Source of the DNA: Emiliania huxleyi CCMP1516
Lineage: Eukaryota
Assembly (NCBI RefSeq): GCF_000372725.1
Contig: NW_005201092.1
Location: 55,683-119,682 of the forward strand
DNA length: 64,000 nucleotides
Reading direction: 5' to 3'
How positions within the stretch are numbered: position 1 is the stretch's first letter; every line of letters starts with the position of its first letter. Positions 59,971 through 64,000 of this stretch are shown here, piece after piece. The position numbers were made by a program, and so were the translations under genes. The notes beneath the pieces are model-generated. The model saw only the letters and a list, made by a program, of their open reading frames with translations, was not told the DNA's origin and made no database searches.

Positions 59971-60826
59971 AGTTCCCGCGAAGAACTCGGGCAGAGCGGC
60001 AACTGTGGCGGCAATTGGGCAACGCCAACGTCGCAACGATGCTGCGGATAAGGGCAGAGCAAGCGTGGGCACGCATTGGTCGGGTTCCATGCTGCAGCCG
60101 CGAGCCCCGCGCCGCAGCCGATGAAGAAGCTGCGGGCCGGCAGTAGCCACGTCGACCCGCCGCTGCGCATCGGGCAAAGCGCGAGCCCAGCAGTTCAGTC
60201 AGGCAAGCACGCTGCACCCACGACGGCGGCCTCGGGGCGCGCGCGACCGAACGCGCTTGCGGCGCCGCCACGCCGTCCTTTCACATCGCCGCCGGACCGC
60301 CCTCCCTCCTCCGCGACAGACGCCGCAAAGACGGCGCTTCTCGCCGCCGAAGCAACAGCAGCAGCTGTGGCAGCAGATCTTTACGTCGCTGGTGCACGCG
60401 GTGCGGACTCGCCGCAGTCTGGCGGGCGCTCGCCTCGCCCGGACCAGGCGGCCGAGCAGGCTGTGATCGCGGCCGAGGCGGATGATCGGGATGGGCTCGG
60501 GCGGGTGCCGCCTTGCGGCGCGCCGGCAAAGGAGCCTGCAGAGGCGGGGGCGATCGGCGAGGCGGCGGTGCTCGCACCTGCAGCTGACGCGCAGCTGCAG
60601 CATAGAGCGGAGGGCAAAACTAAAGGCACGGATGGTGGCTTCCGTCGGTTTCCATTGACCAAGATGTTTTGTCCACATACACTGACGTACGTCATACCAC
60701 ATCCATCCATCCAACCAAGAGAATGCAACTCAAGTTTTGATCGCTCACAGCTGGCTGACGTGTTGTTGAGTATCAGAGTATGATTCCTGTCTGCAGGTCT
60801 ATTCACACCTCACGCGATCTTCCATG

Positions 60827-60891
60827 TCCAGACAGCGTCCAGACAGCGTCCAGACAGCGTCCAGACAGTGTCCAGACAGCGTCCAGACAGC
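60827..60891. repeat. 11-bp tandem repeat (ccagacagcgt)n
   Basis: About six adjacent units. Confidence 0.9.
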
Positions 60892-61309
60892 AAAATCGGA
60901 GCGTCTAGACAGCTATTCAGACAGTAATAGCACTTGAGTGTACACAGCTGATTGAAGTAAAGGGGAGTGATGCAGCTGCCTGCCAGAGCAGAAAGATTCC
61001 TTAATTCTCTCCACTACAAAAAAAGTCCAGTGCGGAACCGAGATCATGGCCCCGAATGCCGTGCTCTCTAGGCAAGGTGCGGGAGCTCCACAAACCAGGT
61101 TAAATTCATAATACAAATTCGCAGTTCATATCCCAACCCAGGAGACATCTGTAACGGTAATGAATCATGTTTCAGAAACCAGTTAGTGTTTGCAGTTTTC
61201 TCAACAGAAGCCTTTTCCTTTGGTTTCTTTGCTCATCGCCTCGCTGGACTTTGAATTGTGAATTTGAGTCGTGAATTTGAACTCTGGCACCCTAAAGTTC
61301 TGCTGGCGT

Positions 61310-61760
61310 GCATGTGCATGCGCCATGTCCATGTCCATGTCCGTGCCCATGTCCATGTCCATGTCCATGTCCTGTCCATGTCCATTTCCATGTCCATGTC
61401 CATGTCCATGTCCATGTATAGCTCCTGCCGCACCGCAACAGGGACAGAAATCGTGCTCTCACGTGCGGTCCGGGCTTCTATGTTCTTTCAATCCCTACTT
61501 TACATCGACTCGGAGCGAGAAAGCTATGTCCATGTCCATGTGTGTCTATGTCCATGTCCATGTACATGCACATATCCATGTCCATGTCCATGTACATGCA
61601 CATATCCATGTCCATGTCCATGTCCATGTCCATGCCCATGTCCATGCCCATGTCCATGTCCATGTCCATGTCCATGCCCATGTCCATGTCCATGTCCATG
61701 TCCATGTTGTCCGTGTCCATGTCCATGTTCGTTTCCATGTATCCATCTCCATCCATGTCC
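61310..61760. repeat. (CATGTC)n microsatellite blocks
   Basis: Long hexamer runs. Confidence 0.95.
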
Positions 61761-62254
61761 GTGCACAGCATGCTCATGCTCGGCACACATGCTCACTCAT
61801 GGGCCACAACGCTCCGCCGCATGCCGCCGGCTCAGTCGCAACTCGCGCGCCGCCCGTTTGCCGCGCCGACGACGCCCTGCTCGGCCATCCGCTCAGCCGC
61901 TGCCCGGTGCATCGCCCGCCTGTGGAGGCCGGTGACACTCTCACACCCCATTCACGCCCTCATTCACATGCCCTGTTCACGTGCCCATGCACGCCATGTA
62001 CACCCTACTCCCACCACTCACACCCTACTCCCACGCTGTTCCGACCCCACTCCCACGCTACTCTCACCTCACTCCCACCCCACTCCCACGTGCAACCCAC
62101 AGAGCTGGATGGGCTTGAGTGACGGCGCGGGGATGGCCCGCCAGCAGCCCGGCGAGGTATTCGAGCTGCAGGAGATGTCGACCTGCAAGTCATCTCGGGG
62201 ACCAAATCGAAGTTCGCGCGCTCAGGTGCTTCATACCCGTCCGTTTCTGGATAC

Positions 62255-62490
62255 TTGGACGATCCACACGTCGTAACGCCGCGGCCACGGCGTGGATCGT
62301 CCCGTTTGAGGTCGCCCACGGACGCTCCATGTCGTAGCCGCGGCGTCGACGCCGCGGCCACGGCGTGGATCGTCCGTTTCCGCATTCTTGGACGATCCAC
62401 ACGTCGTAGCTGGATGTCGCGGCCACGGCGTGGATCGTCCCGATTAAGGTCACCCGCGGACGCTCCGCGTCGTCGCCGCGGCGTCGCCGC
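62255..62490. repeat. Three imperfect units containing cgcggccacggcgtggatcgtcc
   Basis: Copies near 62280, 62353 and 62418. Confidence 0.8.
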
Positions 62491-63650
62491 GACTCCTGGC
62501 TTCCCGCTCCGGACTTTTGCCGGCGCGCGTTGCGATTTCGTCCGCTCGCAGCGGCAGACTCGCCGCGAGGACTTCAGGCGGCGGCGCGGCAGACTCCAGC
62601 GCCCCGGGCAGCACGCGGAACGGCAAGTCGAGCGCCGCCTCGGCTTTCGCGAGCGCGCCTGCCGCCGAGACGGGCGCGCCGGCTCGACCGCACACCGCGT
62701 CGCCGCCCAGTGCAGCGTCACCGCCGCGCTAGGCGCGGTGTCGAGTTCCGCCGCCGCCAGGGAGAACGCCTCGTCGAGGTCCGCCGAAACGGGGGCGAGG
62801 GCTCCGGGTTCCTGCGCCAGCGACGCCACCACCCGTAGCGCCTCCCGTCGCTCCGCCGCGAACGCCTCCGCGCCGCCCGGCTCCGCGAGCAGCCTGACGC
62901 AGCGCCGGAAGCGCTCGTCGGCGAGCACGCGCCCTCGCGCCGCCCTCGCGCCGCCGCCGCAGCATCTGCGGTACAGCTTCTGGAGGAGGGCGGTGAGGGC
63001 TTTCCGGCGCTACCTTGGCCACGTGCAACGGCTGGCGCTCCCAGTCGATCGTCTCTTCCCGCCAGCGGGAGGAGCGCCGAGGCGCGCAGGGTCGTCCTCG
63101 GAGGCCGCCTCGGCGACCAATCGGTTCACGTCGCGGCTCGTGAGCGCTCGCGGCGAATCGTCGTCTCCCGAGGCCTTGGCCGCCGCGAGGGTCAGCCGGC
63201 GAGTGTGCGCTTGAGGACGGCGGGCCGCCTCGTTGCGGCGCCCCGGGCCGCTCGGCGAGAGCGCGCCCGTCGCAGCAGCAAATACCGTGTGAGTGCTGTG
63301 GCAAGACGCATGCTCGTCGACAGGCGCGCGATCAGGCGGTGCGGGTCGGCGGCGGCGCTCAGCGCCTGGGCAACAGAGTGTAGGCTCGACGGAGCGCGTG
63401 CGTCGCAGAACAGTGACGCGGACGTGCGCTGCGCCTACGCTCTCCTTGCGGACACGGTTTGCGGCAGCGCGCAGCGGTCGAGCCACGGCCGCTGCGCCGC
63501 GTGAATTTGACACAACTTTTTCATCGCAAGGCATTGCCTGATATCACATTTTTAGTTTATTGAACGCATCAGCACACACGAAAGAGTACTCGCCGCGCAT
63601 CGCGGTCGATGGCTAGGAAGCGCTGAGCCTGTGGGGTACACGTCCCCACT

Positions 63651-64000
63651 TCAGATTCGCTGCCAGATCATCGATCGCCAGGCAGGGAGCGAGGGAGCCG
63701 CTGGGAGGGAGGGGGCGGCCAGACCGCGGAGGGAGGGGGCGGTCAGACCGCTCATCCACTTGTGACGGTGCCTATACGCACACGCGAGGAGCAGCACAAG
63801 GAAGAGCGCGGCCAACACGCCCCCGACCACGGCGCCGGTGGGGAACGGGTCGCCGGAACTGTGCTCCACGGGCAAGACTGGAGGCTTCGGAGGCCGCGGC
63901 GGTGGCGCGGGCGCCCCGGCGGGTGGGTAGGGAGGCGGGTGAGGCGGCGGCGGCTGCGCAGGCGGCTTGGTAGGCAATGGCGAAGGCGGCGGCAGCGAGG
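63651..64000 (-). CDS. C-terminal part of a Pro-rich single-pass membrane protein (runs off window)
   Basis: Pro-rich stalk, TM AVVGGVLAALFLVLLLACAY, basic stop-transfer RHRHK. Confidence 0.7.
   Translation of the reverse strand, partial: SLPPPSPLPTKPPAQPPPPHPPPYPPAGAPAPPPRPPKPPVLPVEHSSGDPFPTGAVVGGVLAALFLVLLLACAYRHRHKWMSGLTAPSLRGLAAPSLPAAPSLPAWRSMIWQRI

Noticed and set aside
61233..62276. His-, Cys- or Met-rich metal-binding ORFs
   Set aside because: Translations of the (CATGTC)n microsatellite

Overview
GC-rich eukaryotic genomic DNA with many introns filled by 10-11 bp tandem repeats and frequent GC donors, a style consistent with a haptophyte such as Emiliania/Gephyrocapsa huxleyi (inferred, not proven). 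There are two assembly gaps. The most striking locus is a multi-exon minus-strand gene (about 22262-27574) that splices into one polypeptide: 8-TM microbial rhodopsin, PAS, HisKA/HATPase, receiver, and HPt. Its retinal Lys and all three phospho-acceptor residues appear intact, which would make it a self-contained light-gated phosphorelay. Other genes are a Pro/Ser-rich Hedgehog-type Hint protein, class II DAHP synthase, NAD(P)HX epimerase, a CS+TPR co-chaperone, a secreted Cys-rich repeat protein, a 2x6TM-kinase, an ER-type FKBP, a purple acid phosphatase, a His-rich membrane protein, a START-like protein and a frameshifted SDR epimerase. Mobile DNA includes a truncated Copia with a probable 3' LTR, two TIR elements with TSDs, and 7-8 truncated copies of an RLE-type non-LTR retroelement that appears to insert at an AT-rich motif just upstream of genes. 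Many introns begin with a copy of the next exon, and two introns share a mobile core. Exon boundaries were read by eye and are approximate.
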